Assembly (NCBI RefSeq): GCF_009914755.1
Contig: NC_060932.1
Reading direction: 5' to 3' (one strand)
Origin: the human T2T-CHM13v2.0 reference genome, Homo sapiens
DNA: 64,000 nucleotides
Position numbers and translations under genes: made by a program. Shown in pieces: positions 28,548 to 45,640 of this stretch (the first letter of the stretch is position 1; each line of letters opens with the position of its first letter). Under the pieces are notes generated by a model. That model searched no databases. It saw only the letters and a program-made list of their open reading frames with translations, and had not been told where the DNA came from.

Positions 28548-29780
28548 CTTAGAAAAACATAAATAGACAAAGAAAACATTAAGACTTTTCCAAGAAATAA
28601 AATTGGCTGTCTGAGAGAAAAATAAACATCATAGAATCAGAATTTTAGAGCTAGAGGTGACCTTACCTACAGATCATCTGCAACAAAATCTTACTCTACC
28701 TAGTGAAGAAATTTTAAGAGAGTACCAAATTCTGTTCTATCCTATCCAAAAGCTTAGTAGCAGATCTAGGTGTACATTCTGGGTAGAATAAATCAAGAAG
28801 CAATCTTTCCTCTAAATGGAATCACAATGTTAATGTCATTCAAATGGTCCTCACAAAAGCAGAATAAGTAGAAATAATAAGAGAAACTGTAAGAGAAGCC
28901 AAAAGACCATGTGTCTATAATACTTTCATAAAATCTAATTCCTTGAATGTTACATTTAGCACAATCTAGGCAATGAGTCAGGCAATTCTATTAAATATTA
29001 TACTACCAAAAAACTCTGAATCTCCACAACAAACATTGAGCCAATCACTAAATTCTGTCCATTTTAACATCATAAATATTTCTCAAATCTTCTTCCTCTC
29101 TCTGCCAACTGGATCCAGCCTTTCATCATCTTTAGCTTGGACATAATATTCTTCCAGCTGATCACTGCTAAAACTATCTTTCTAAAACACAAATCCAATT
29201 TCATCACCCCAATCAACATCAGGTTAAAACCCTTCAACTGTTCCTGTTTTAGCATGGCACAAAGGCTCTACCTGTGCATCCTCATCTCACACACATCCTT
29301 CCACTAACATGCTCTGAATTCCATTCTCACTGTATTTCCATATGAGCCCCCAAACCTATTCTTCACCTTTAAAATTCAGAATCAAGTTACATGATATGCG
29401 CATAATTGGTTTCACTCCAGACTGCATATTACTTTCTAGGAATACTAAGTATTAACTTAAAATTACTTATTACAAAAAAATATATATTATTGTAGAAAGG
29501 AGATCAGATAGAAAATACCTTCACTAAGTTAGCATCACCAATAATCATACAAATTGACGTCATGTGCCCCCTGATACAATCCAGTGAGAAGTATATATCA
29601 ACAACCATGTACAATTCTTGGCCAAAAATGTTTAATCTGAATCTAATCACAGGGAAACAACCAGAGAGATCTAGATTATGGGACATTCTATAAAACAAAT
29701 GGCCTAGGCTCCAAAAATGTCAATGTCATAAAAGGAAAAAAAAAAAAAAGAATGCAGGGAGGACACTAAAGAGACATGAA

Positions 29781-30211
<431 letters not shown>

Positions 30212-31940
30212 CTATGAACTATACATTAAGTAATAGGTTTAGCCAGGATTAAATTTCTTGTGTGATTAACAGTATTGTGATTATGAAGAACGTCTTTAGT
30301 CTTACAAGATAGATATGTAAGTATTTAAGAGTGAAGTGTCATGGTAGCTGAAATTTACTTTCAAATTGTTCAAGGAAAAATTATATGTCAATATAGAGGG
30401 AGCAAGAAATAAAGTAATGTGGCAAATAAATTAACGATCGGTGAATCTAAACCATACATGAGTGTCTATTACACCACTCTTTCCATTTTTTCTGTAGATT
30501 TTTAATTAATCAAAATAGAGAATTGGGATTTGTCATTTGAAATTCACAACATAAACATACCTGTTTAAAGTGATTAAATTTTCTTTTATTCTAATTCAGT
30601 TTAAAATATATACCTAAAATGTATCTTTAATACTCTCTCTGGTTTCAGAATGATTTTTCAATGACTAGCTCTTTTTCTTCAAATTTTGGTATTTAACAAA
30701 GAACTTTGCCACAAAGTAAGAAAGTTCAAAGGTTTCACATGATATATATAATATACATAATCTTGCATATAGCTCATATGCTTGAAAACAGAAATACCCA
30801 CATAAATGACCTTGAGATTCCTGATTGCATCAGGAAAGCATATTAAATTTACTCTGCATGTCTCCAGACCTGACCTCTCCTAAACAACAATCACATAAAT
30901 CTAACTGTCTACTTGGTATTTCCACAAACTCAAGAGGTAAAAGGTCAAACAAAACACTGCCTCCTCCACTCTACCCCCTCCAAATCAGTTCATACCCCAA
31001 AATGTTTAATCCATTATCTCCCAACAGTTCAGGTTCAAACCTCATTAGTTTCGTTTATCCTTGCCTTCCTAAGGCTTATTTAACATCTCATAACTCTTCG
31101 TTGTAATTTATATTGTCACCTCCTTGGTCTAAGGTTTCTATAAACTCAGACTCAGTATACTTCATTTAGCTCCTATCTCTAATCTTTCCTGCCTCCTAAT
31201 CATCCAGATGTCACCATTTTCCCAATCTCATGAGCCAGACACCTTTGAGAGGTCTTCCCTTCTCTCCTGCTTGCAATTAACAACTACTGATTCAACTTAA
31301 ATGTTTTTCAGACCTGGCCTCCTCTCTTTATACTAAGATATATACATGCACCAATGTCTTTATACTAAGATATATACATGCACCAATGATATGTGGACAA
31401 TATCAGTATCTCTCCCCTAAACTACCACAACACCACCTGTGGTATATAAGAAATATGTATTTGGTCTCCGGCCCTGGTTCCTAACACAGAGCTCCCAAAA
31501 CCTTGTAATTTCCGGAAGGACAGGAGAACTAGGAGCATTTTTGTTCTAATATTTGGTCTTTGATCCCAATTTCTAACACAGAGCTCTTAAATTCCTTGGA
31601 ATTTCCTGGGTGATAGGAAATTTTTATTCTAATGAGCCAACTCTTGGCAGGCCCCTGGATAGAGAGCTAGTCTGAGGGCCAGTCACCAGAAAAACTAAGC
31701 CATGGTTAGAAACTTCATTTTTAGCCCCATCCCATTCCTATCCACCACGGAGGAAAGAGGGGCTGGAGACTGAGTTAATAATCGATCATGCCTATGTGAC
31801 AGAGCCTCCATAAATATCCCTAAAAGATAGGGTACAAAAAGCTTGCAGGCTGGTGAACACACTGAGGTGCTGCAGGGTGGCACACCCAGACAGGGCTTGG
31901 AAGCTCCATTTCCCTTCTCACACACTTCATCCTACGTACT

Positions 31941-32239
31941 TCTTTTTTTTTTTTTCCCCCGGAGATGGAGTCTTGCTCTGTCGCCAAGGTTGGAGTGCAT
32001 GGCACAATCTCGGCTCATTGCAACCTCCGCCTCCCAAGTTGAAGTGATTCTCCTACCTCAGCCCCCCAAGTAGCTGGCATCACAGGCACAAGCCACCATG
32101 CCGGGCTAATTTTTGTATTTTTAGTAGAGACGGGGTTTCACTATGTTGGCCAGGCTGGTCTCGAACTCTTGACCTCGTGATCCACCCACCTCAGCCTCCC
32201 AAAGTGCTGGGATTACAGGCGTGAGCCACCACGCCGGCC
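31941..32239 (-). mobile_element. AluS
   Basis: TSD TCCTACGTACT / TCCTATGTACT. Confidence 0.95.
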
Positions 32240-32621
32240 CTCCTATGTACTCTTTATCTGGCTGTTCACCTATATACTTTAGAATATCCTTTATAATAAA
32301 CTAGTAAATATAAGTATGTGTTCCCCTGAGTCTTGTGAGCTGTTTTAACAAATTATGGAACCTGAGAAGAGGGTGCTGAGAGCCCCCGGTTTATAGCCAG
32401 TTGGTCACAAGTTTAGAAGACCCAGATTTGTGACTGTCATGTGAGGTGAGAGCAGTGTTGTGGGACTGAGCCCTTAACCTGCAGGGTCTGCACTAACCGT
32501 GGGCAGTTAGTGTCAGAATTTAGTTAAATAGTAGGACATCCAGTCAATGTATGGGGACAATTGCAGAATTCGCTGGCGTGGAAAAAAACCCCACATATTT
32601 AGTGTCAGAAATGAAGTGTTA

Positions 32622-32912
<291 letters not shown>

Positions 32913-32936
32913 AATTTTTTAATTTAAAAAACAGTG

Positions 32937-33266
<330 letters not shown>

Positions 33267-36200
33267 TTACTATCTTAAAGCAGTTCCCTTAATATGACCT
33301 TCCCATTCAAACTACCATTCTTACCACCATCGACATGAACATTCTGTAAAACCATCAACATGAACATTCTGTAAAATATAAGTATTTCCAAGGCAATCCT
33401 ATGCTTTTCTACAATCTCTCTTAAGATTCCTACTACAGTAAAAAGTGTAGTAGTTTTAAGACGGAATGCTGGAGACACACTGTTTATGAATTTAAGCCTT
33501 GGCTTCGCCATTTACTATGTACAACACTGGTAAGTTAATTATTCTTTCTAACTCTCAGCTTCTTACCTCTTTAGTGAAATGAGGCTAATAAGAACACATG
33601 GTTAGTTGTGAAAATTAGAACAAAATGGTGTAAACACCCCCACTTGAAAGTCAGAGATTGTCAAACTAGATAAAAATGCAAAATCAAACTACATGCTACC
33701 TACAAAAACTGTACTTCAAATATAAAAGCACATATAGTTTTAAAGTAATGAGAAAAACATATACTGACATAAATCAAGGAGAAATTAGAATGGCTATATT
33801 AATATCAGACTAAGTGGATTCCAGAGTAAAGACTATTACCAGTGGTAACGAAGGTCATTTCATATGAATAAAGAAAGCAATTAAGAAGACATTGATATCC
33901 TAAACATTTAGGCACCTAATAACACAGCTTAAATAAATGAAGCAAAAACTGACAAAACTTAAACTATAAAATTGACAATTAAAGTCAGATTCAATACTCC
34001 TTATCAAAAACTGATATAACAAGCAAAAAAAATCACCAAGAATATAGTACAGTTGAACAACACTATCAGCCAACACAATCTTATCAACACTGTTAGAATA
34101 CTCCAACCAAGAAAAGCAGAATATACACTTGCTCTCAATTGTTCACAGGACATTTACCAAGACAGACCATATTCTGGGCCATAAAATAAGTCTCAATAAA
34201 TACAAAGAATTCAGACCACACACAAAGTATGTTCATTGGGTAAAGTTACAGAAGAGGGTAGAGTAAAATTACAGAGGAGGGTAGAGCAAGATGGTGGAAC
34301 AAAAGCCTATATATCATTCATCACCCCCAGTGGAACACCAAATTTTAACAACTATGGACACAAAAAAGCACCGTTACAAGAAACAAAAATCAGGTGAACA
34401 ATCACAGTGTCTGGCTTTAACTTCATATTGCCAAAAGAGGCATTGAGGAGGGTAGGAGAGTCTTGAATCACCAACATCAACCCTCTCCCACACTCCCAGC
34501 AGCAGCCATGTGGCGTGGAGAGAAAATCTGTACACTTTGAGGGAGGAGAGCACGGCTATTGGAAAACAGTACATTAAACTCAGTGCTGCCCTGTCACAGC
34601 AGACAATGAAAATGTGCTGGACTCAGCCAGCACCTGCACAGGGAGGGAGGATTTGGACCAGCACTAGCTGGAGGGGAATTGCCCATCATAGCAGTTGGAA
34701 CTTGAATTTCTTGGCAAGACTTGCCACCACAGGCTGAAGTGCTCCGGGGTCCTAGATAAATCTGAAAGGCAGTCTAGGACACGAGACTGTGCTTCCTAGG
34801 CAACTCCTAGTGTGAGGCTGGGCTTAGAGCCAGTGAACTAGGATGGCACGCAACCTAGGGAGACACCAGCTGGAATGGCTAAGGGAGTGCTTATGCCATC
34901 CCTCCCCTAACCCCAGGAAGTGCAACTTGTAGCAACGAAAGTATCTACTTCCTTCTGCTTAAGGAGAGGAGAGTGAAGAAAAAAGAGAACTTTGTCTTGC
35001 ATTTTGGATATCAGCTAAGCCACCATAGGATAAGGCACCAGGCAGAGCCGTGAGGCCCCCATTCCAGGCCCTAGCTCCAAGATAACATTTGTAGACACAC
35101 CCTGGGCCAGAAAGGAACCCACTGCCTTGAAGGTAAGGACTCAATCCTGGCAGGATTCATTACCTGCTGACCAAAGAACCAATGGGTCCTGAATAATCAC
35201 CACTGATACCCAAGGAGTATGCAGTGGGCCCTGGGCTCTGACATGTACTGGCTTCAGGGGTGACCCAGCACATTCCCAGCTGTGGTGGCTATTGTGAAAG
35301 ACTCCTGTTTAAGAAAAGCAGACAGAAAAGTAAAGGGAACATTGTCTTGTGCCCTAGGTACCAGCTCAGCCACAGCAGGAAGAGCAAAAAGCAGGCTCTT
35401 GGGGTCCCTGAGTCCACACCTACGCTGGACAGCATTTCCGGATCTACTTCAGGGAGCCCACTGCCCTGAAGAATGAGCCCATGGACCAGTGGTGGTGTTG
35501 GTGGCCACACAAGGAGAGGTTCCTCTGCCTGTGGAAAGGGGAGGGAAGAGTGGGAGGGATTTTGTATTATGGATTGAGTGCCAGCTTAGCCACAATAGAA
35601 AAAAACATCAGGTAAATTGCTAAGGTTTTTGACTCCAATCCCTGGCTCTCAGACAGCACCTCTGGACACACCTGGAACCCAGGGAAAAACCCGCCACCCT
35701 GAAGGGAAGGGCCTTGGGCAAGGCCAGTGCTGTGCTGGCTTCAGGTCTGACCCAGAGCAATCCCAGGGATGATGACCACAGAGGTGCCTGCATCACCACA
35801 CCCCCAATTCCAAGTGGCTTAGCACTCCATTTGTTTGGGAGAAAGTAAAGAAAAAGAACAACAATCTCTGCCTGGTAATCCTGAGAATTCTTCCGGATCT
35901 TATCCAAGGCTGCCAAGGCTGTACCTCTAACAAGTCTCCAAAAGCCACAGCATTGTTGGGCTTGGGGCCCAAGTCCCTTCAAATTCCTGGGAAAGCCTTC
36001 CCAAGGACAGGCATAAACAAACTCAGACTGTGAAGACTATAATAAATACCTAACTGTTTAAAGCCCAGACACCAACAAGTATCTACAACCATCGACACCA
36101 TTCAGGAAAACATGACCTAACCAAATGAACTAATATAAAGCACAAGGGATCAATCCTGGAAAAACAGAGATACATGACCTTTCAGGCAGAGAATTCAAAA

Positions 36201-36759
36201 TAGCTGTTTTGAGGAAACTCAAAGAAATTCAAGACAACACAGAAAGGGAATTTGGAATTCTTATCAGATAAATTTAACCAAGAGATCAAAATTAAAAAGA
36301 ATCAAGCTGATATTCCAGAGTTTAAAAATGCAACTGACATGATGAGGACTACATCAAAGTCTCTTAACAACAGAAATGATTAAGAAGAATTAGTGAGCTT
36401 GAAGACAGGCTATTTGAAATTACACAGTTAGAAAAGACAAAAGAAAAAAATTAAAAAGCAATGAGGCACACCAAAAACATCTAGAAAATAGCCTCAAAGG
36501 GGCAAATGTAAGACTTACTGGCCTTAAAGAAAAGGTAGAAAAAGAGATAACAGTAGAAAGTTTATTCAAAGGGATAATAACAGAGAATTTCCCAAACGAG
36601 AAAGATAACATTCAAATACAAGAAGGTTATAGAACACCAAGCAGATTTAACCCAATGATGACTACCTCAAAGCATTTAAGAATCTAATTCCCTAAGGTCA
36701 AATATAAAGAAAGGATCCTAAAAACAGCCAGAAAAAAAGAAATAAATAACATACAATAG

Positions 36760-36971
<212 letters not shown>

Positions 36972-37519
36972 TGGCAGCAGACTTTTCAGTGGAAACTTTA
37001 AAGGTGAGGAGAGTGTGGCAAGACATATTTTAAGTGCTGAAGGAAAAAAACTTTCACCTAGAATAGTATATCTGGTGAAAATATCCTTTAATTATGAAGG
37101 AGAGATAAAGTCTTTCCCAGACAAACAAAAGCCGAAGGATTTCATCAACACCAGACTTGTTCTACAAGAAATCCTGAAGGGAGTTCTTCAATCTGAAAGA
37201 AAAGGATATTAATGAAAGAAGAAATCATCTGAAGGTACAAAATGCACTGGTAACGGTAAGCATACAGAAAAATACAGAAGAGTATAACACTGTACCTGTG
37301 GTGTATAAACTACTCTTAACTGAAGTAGAAAGACTAAATAATGAACCAATCAAAAATAATAGCTACAACAACTTTTCAAGAAATAGTGTAATAAGACATA
37401 AAGAGAAACAACAAAAAGTTAAAAAGCTGGCAGCGGGGACAAAGTTAAAGTGTAGAGTTTTAATTAACTTTCTTTTTGCAAGTTTGTTTCTGCAATTGTG
37501 TTAAGCTGTCATCAGTTTA

Positions 37520-37888
<369 letters not shown>

Positions 37889-40800
37889 TCAAAAAACATA
37901 CAACAGATACACAAAAAAATAAAATGCAAGAAATTAAAGCATACCACCACAGAAAATCACTTTCACTAAAAGGAAGACAGGAAGAAAGGAAAGAAGGAAG
38001 AAAAGACTGAAAACCACCAGAAAACAAATAACAAAATGGCAGGAGAAAGTTCCTATTTAGCAATAATAACACTGAATGTAAATGAACTAAATTCCCCAGT
38101 CAAAAGACATAGAGTGGCTGAATGGAGAAACAAACAAGATCCAATGATCTAAACACACCCCACCTATGAAGACACACACAGACAGAAAAGAGAGGGATGG
38201 AGAAACATATTCCATGGCAACGGAAACCAAAAAAGAGCAGACACAGCTATACTCATATCAGAAAAAGTAGTATAGATTTCAAGACAAAAGCTGTAAGGAG
38301 AGACAAAAAAGGTCATTATATAATGATAAAGGGGTCAATTCAGCAAGAGGATATAATAATTGTAAATATATATGCAACCAACACTGGAGCACTCAGATAC
38401 ATAAAGCAAATATTATTAGACCTAAAGAGAAAGACAGACCCCAATACAATAACAGCTGGAGACTTCAACACCCCACTTTCAGCATTGCACAGATCTCCCA
38501 GAAAGAAAATCAACAAAGAAACATCAGAGTTATTCTGCACTATAGACAAAATGGATCTAGTAGATATTTACACATTTCATCCAATGGCTGCAGAATACAC
38601 ATTTTTCTCCTCGACACATGGATCATTCTCAAGGATAAACCATGTTAGGTCACAAAACGAGTCTTAAAACATTAAAAAAAAAAAAGAGAGAGAGAGAGAG
38701 AAAAAGAAAAAAGAAAGAAAACCTAAAATAATATCAAGCATCTTCACTGACCACAATGGAATAAAACTACAAATCAATAACAAGAGGAATTTTGGAAACT
38801 ACACAAACACATGAGAATTAAACAATATGCTCCTGAATGACCATTTCAATGAAGAAATTAAGAAGGGAATTGAAAAATTCCTTGAAACGAATGGTAAACC
38901 AAAGCCTATGGGATACAGCAAAAGCAGTACTCAGAGGGAGGCTTATAGCTACACACACCTACATCAAAAAAGTGGAAAAATTTCAAACAAACAATCTAAC
39001 AATGCACCTTAAAGAACTAGAAAAATAAGAGCAAACTAAACTCAAAATTAGTAGAAGAAAAGAAATAATAAAGATCAGAGCAGAAATAAATGAATTTGAA
39101 ATGAAAAAATTATACGAGATCACTAGAACAAAAAGTTGGTGTTTGAGAAGATAAACAAAATTGACAAACGATTTAGCCAGACTAAGAAAAAAAGAAAGAA
39201 GGCCCAAGTAAATAAAACCAGAGATGAAAAAGGAGACATTACAATGGATACAACAGAAATTCAAAGGATCGTTAGTGACTACCGTGAGCAACTATATGCC
39301 AAAAAATTGAAAAATCTTGAAGAAACAGACAAATTCCTAGACACATACACCCTACAAAGATTGAACCCGGAAGAAATCCAAAACCTGAGCAGACCAATAA
39401 CAAGTGAGGAGATCAAAGCAGTAATGAAAAGCTTCCCAGTAAAGAAAAGGCCAGGACCCAACAGCTTTACTGCTGAATTCTACCAAATATTTAAAGTGGA
39501 ACTAATACCAATCCTACTCAAACTATTCTGAAAAATAGAGGAGGACGGAATGCTTCCAAACTCATTCTGTGAGGCCAGTATTACCCTGATACCAAAAACC
39601 AAACACACATCAAAAAAAAAAAAAAAAAAAAAAAACCTACAGACCAATACCTCTGATGAATATTGATGCAAAAACCCTCAACAAAATACTAGCAAACCTA
39701 ATCCAACAATACATTTAAAAGATCATTCATCATGACCAAGTGGGATTTATCACAGTGATGCAAGGATGGCTCAACACACACAAACCAATCAATGTGATAC
39801 ATCACATCAACAAAATGAAGGACAAAAACCATACATTTCAATTGGTGCCAAAAAAGCATCTGATAAAGTTCAACATCACTTTGTGATAAAAACCCTCAAA
39901 TAACTGGGCATAAAAGGAACATGCCTGAACATAATAAAAGCCATATATGACAGATCCACAACTAGTATCATAATGAATGGGGAAAAACTGAAAGCCTTTC
40001 CTCTTAGGTCTGTAACACAACAAAGATGCCCACTTTCACCACTGTTATTCAACATAATACTGAAAGTACTAGCTAGAGCAATCAGGCAAGAGAAAGAAAG
40101 AAAGGGCATCCAAATTGGAAAAGAAGAAGTCAAATTATCATTGTTTGCAGATGATATGATCTTATATTTAAAAAAACCTAAAGACTCCAACAAAAAACTA
40201 TTAGAACAGATAAACAAATTTAGTAAAGTTGCAGGATACAAAATAAATATACTAAATCAGTAGCATTTCTATATGCCAACAGTAAACAATCTGAAAAAGA
40301 AATCAAAAAAGTAATCCCATTTATAATAGCCTTAAATAAAATTTAATACCTAGGAATTAACTCAACCAAGGAAGTGAACGATCTCTACAATGAAAACTAT
40401 AAAACACTGATGAAAGAAACTGAAGAGGACATGAAAAAATAAATTGGAAGAATCAAAGCAACCTACAGACTCAACGCATTCCCTATCAAAATATCAATGA
40501 CATTCTTCAGAGAAATAGGAAAAACAATTCTAAAATTTATATGGAATCACAAAAGAACCAGAATAGCCAAAGCTATCCTGAGCAAAAAGAACGTAACTGG
40601 AGGGACCACATTATCTGACTTCAAATTATACTACAGAGCTATAGAAACCAAAACAACAGGGTACTACATAAAAATAAACACACAGACCAATGGAACAGAA
40701 GAGAGAATCCAGAAACAAATCCACACACCTACGATGAACTCATTTTTGACAATAGTGTCAAGAACATACACTGGGGAAAAGACAGTCTCTTCAATAAATG

Positions 40801-42845
40801 GTACTGGGAAAGATAGATATCCATATGCAGAAAAATGAAACTAGACCCCTATCTCTTGCCATACACAAAAAAAATCAAATCAAAATGGATTAAAGGCTTA
40901 AATCTAAGACCTCAAACTATGAAACTATTACAAGACGACATTAAGGAAAATTTTCAGGATGCTGGAGTGGGCAAACATTTCTTGAGTAATACCCCACAGG
41001 CAGAGGCAACCAAAGCAACAATGGACAAATGGGATCACATCAAGTTAAAAACCTTCTGCACAGCAAAGGAAACAGTCAACAAAGTGAAGAAACAACCCAC
41101 AGAATGGGAGAGAAATATGTGCAAACTATCCATCTGACAAGGTATTAATAATCAAAATATATAAGAAGCTCAAATAACTCTATAGGAAAAAAATCTAATA
41201 ATCCAATTTAAACAACAAACAGGTATATGAAAAGGTGCTCAACATCACTGATCATCAGAGAAATGCAAATCAAAACTACACTGAGATATCATCTTGCTCA
41301 AGTTAAAATGGCTTTTATCCAAAAGTCAGGCAATAATAAATGCTGGCAAGGTTGTGGAGAAAAGGGTACCCTCATACGTTGTTAGCAAGAATGTAAATTA
41401 GTACAACCACTATGGAGAACAGTTTGGAGGTTCCTCAAAAAACTAAAAATAGAACTACCATGCAATCCAGCAATCCCGCTGCTGGGTATATTCCCAAAAG
41501 AAAAGAAATCAGTATGTTGAAAAGATATCTACACTCCCATGTTTTTTAGGAGTGCTTACAATAGCTAAGATTTCGAATCAACCTAAGTGTCCATCAATAG
41601 ATGAATGGATAAAGAGTGGTATTTATACACAATGGAGTACTATTCAGCCATAAAAAAGAATGAGATCCTGTCATTTGCAATAACATGGATAGAACTGGAC
41701 GTCACTATGTTAAGTGAAATAAGCCAGGTACAGAGAGACAAACATCACATGTTCTCACTTATTTGTGAGGTCTAAAAATCAAAACAATTGAATTCACAGA
41801 GATAGAGAATAGAAGGATGGTTACTAGAGATTGGGAAAGGTAGCAGGAAGGTTGAGGGGATGGGAAGATGGTTAATGGGTACCAAAAAAAAATTAGTTAG
41901 AAAGAATGGATAAGACCTAGTATTTGACAGCACATAGGGGGACTACAGTCAATAATAATTTAATTTTACACTTTAAAATAACTAAAAGAGTATAAGTAGA
42001 TTGTTCGTAACACAAAGGATAAATGCTTGAGGCTTTGGATACCCAATTTCCATTATGTGATTATTATGCATTGCGTGTCTAATCTATGTGAAAAAAAGAT
42101 TAGTAGCTGCCTGGGGTCTCAGGTACAAAGAGAGATGATTACAACAAGGAATGAGAAAATTTTGTGGGACAATGGAAATGTTTGTTCTTTTTCTTCACAT
42201 AGATATTTTGGTACATGCAACATACCAAATACGTTGTATGCATTGGGTATACCAAAATATCTCATGTACTTCATAAATATATATACCTCATAAATATATA
42301 TACCTACTATGTACCCACAAAAATTAAAAATAATTTTTTAATTAAAAAAGAGACAAAGAATATTATTATTGATAAAAGGGTTAATTCATCAAGAAGATAA
42401 AACAATTATAAACATATGCACCAAACAACAGAATAAAGAACTTCTCAAAACTGAACAATAAAACAAACCCAATAAAAAATAATGGGCAAAGATCTGAACA
42501 GACACTTCACTAAAGGTATACACTGATGACAAACACACAAAAAGATAGCCAGCATTATCAGTCACTACGGAAGTGCAAACTGAAACCACAATGAGATTCC
42601 ACCACATACCTATTAGAATGGCTAAAATTAGAAAGGCTGACTATATAACCTGTAGGCAAGGGGGCAGAAAAACTAGAACTCTCATACACCGCTGAGGGGA
42701 ATGTAAAATGGTACAACTATATTTTGCAAAAAAATTTGGCAATGTCTTAAAAAGTTAAACATGCACCTGCTATACATTCCTGACACTCTTATTACCAAAG
42801 AAATAGAGAAAATAAAATAGAGAAAGAGAAAAGGTAATATATGTC

Positions 42846-43237
42846 TGATATGGTTTGGATCCGTGTCCCCACCCAAATTTCATGTTGGATTGTAATCCTC
42901 AATGTTGGAGGTGGGGTCTGGGGACTGGATCATGGGGGTGGATTTCTCATGAATGGTTTAGCGCCATCCCTTGGTACTGTCCTCACAATAGTGAGTTATC
43001 ATGAGATCTGGTCATATAAAAGTGTGTGGGACCCCCCCAATCCCCACATTGCTCCTGCTTTTACCATATGACATGCCTTTTACTTCCACCATGATTGGAA
43101 GCATCCTGAGGCCCCCCCAAAAGCAGATGCTGCTATGCTTCCTGTAGAGCCTGCAGAACCATGAGCTAACTAAACCTCTTTTCTTATAAATTAGCCAGTC
43201 TCAACTATTTATAGCAATACAAGAATGGACTAATACA
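42846..43237 (+). mobile_element. MST-type MaLR solo LTR inside an old L1M (~42430-43620)
   Basis: TGATATGGTTTGGATCCGTGTCCCC...GGACTAATACA; perfect TSD ATGTC. Confidence 0.92.
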
Positions 43238-44414
43238 ATGTCTATATGAAGACTTGTATATAGATGTTCAAATTAGCTTTATTATAATAGCAAAAAGCTA
43301 AAAACAACCAAAATATCCATCAACAGATGAATGTCCAAAAAACAAAGTGTGCTATATACACATAATGGACTACTCCTCAATAATAAAAAGGAAGAAATAC
43401 TGACACACACAAAACATGAGCAAACTCAAAATAACTATGCTAAGTGAAAATAGTCTGGTAGGAGTACATACCACTATATGATTACATTTATATAGTTTTA
43501 GAAACTGCAAACTCATCTATAGTCACAGAAAGCAGATTAGTAGCTGTGTGGGGTCCCAGGTACAAAGAGAGATGATTACAACAAGGAACGAAAAAATGTT
43601 GTAGGACACTGGAAATGTTTGTTCTTTTTTTCCCACACAGATATAAAGCAGAAACAATACTTTTGGCATGGGTTAAATTATGAAAGAAGTCAGTTTGCAT
43701 TGCTTCAAAAAATGTTCTCCCATCTTTTTAGTATTTTCTCTCTCATGACTCTTTACTACATTTCCCTTCCACTATCCTCACTCTCTTATCCTATACTTCC
43801 ACTGCAAATGTACATAGAAAGAAAATGATGATTTCATCATGCCTGAAAATTATGTATTCAAGAGGCACATCCTACAGCTCAAAATCTCTGCTCTAGCCCA
43901 ATACTCATCAACTGATGAAATCCCCTCATATAACAATCACTACATACAATCAGCCAAATTCAAGATGTAGAACATTTTATAGGACAAATTACTCTATTTC
44001 TCCAACAAATCAATGTCATAGGAAAAGAGGGGATGGGGATAAAAGGAGTGTTAGTATTAATAAATAAAAGAGACCAAAGAGACATAGCCACCAAATGTAA
44101 TACATGATCCTTGTTTGGACCCTATTTGAACAAACCAAATGTAAAAAGACATCTCTAAGTCTAATTAAAAAAAAGATGGATACAGACCATGTATTACATA
44201 ATATTTGGGCTTCTTAATCTAGTCATAATGACGGTGTAGTGCGCTATTTTTTTAAAGGTCCTTATCAGTTACAGATGCATACCAAAGCACTTATGAATGA
44301 ACAGACATAGTTCTTTTAAAAACTTTAGTTCAAAAAAGTGGGTAGGGGATGGTAAATAAATTTATCTTGGCAAAATATTCAACGTTGGTATCTATTTCAA
44401 ATTTTTCATAATAA

Positions 44415-44702
<288 letters not shown>

Positions 44703-45640
44703 AAAAGTAAGATCTTAAGATGTTGTGGGTTTCATAATGAATGTTATGAGACAAAACTCCTAACAGCATGATATGCACCTTATTTATTTTCAGTGCAGGA
44801 ACAGTGCCTGCCACATAGTAAATACTCAACAGACCTTTTACTAAGGGGTTGTTTTAGTCCTATATATGACTAATAAGCAATGATATAATTATTTGGGTAC
44901 CTCCATCATCAACACAATGCTTAAGAACTTATAAATCGTCACTCCATTATACCACTTTATGAGGTATTATATTACTCCATTTACAGATAAGAAAACTGAG
45001 ACTTTAAATTAGTTGTTCAAGGCCACATAAGCTCGGCAATGAAGGGCAAAGATCAAGCTGGGCAACTCTAGCGAAGATTTTTTTTTAAAGACTACTTGGC
45101 TTAAGGGCCAGTGGATGACATTGCCTCCCTCAGTGATACCCATTCCAAAGTAAACCATCTCAAAGTATCAGCACTAGTACAATTTACTTGAAACTTAGCC
45201 AGGCTTACCAACAAATTATCAGAATAGGAAAATAATGGAAAAGAAGAAAATACCATTTTATGTTATTCATGGCTCTCTTCCTCATATTCTAATTAAAACA
45301 GCCTTCTTTCGAGATTTGAGCAAACCAAAACAATAATCTGTAGAAAAAATAACTGTATACAGGTACCTAGGAAATAAACTAATATTACAATAACTCCCAT
45401 TATTATAAGGTATACTAACTTGTTTCAGAGTTCAATTAAAAACTGAGCAGAAAAATAAAAGAAGACAAGGCAAAGACTAAAATAATTATTATTTTAATAG
45501 TCACATATTACAAGTTGTTCAGAATTTGTGATACTCATGGGGGAAGGAGGAAATCATGTAAACGTAAGATAGGTCACTACCTGTCAGCATGATATAAGAG
45601 AAGACAATTCCATACCATACTGAAGACATTAACCTCTGTC

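Noticed and set aside
31458-31606. Internal direct repeat in the LTR
   Set aside because: As I recall, this is a normal feature of MER21-family consensus sequences.
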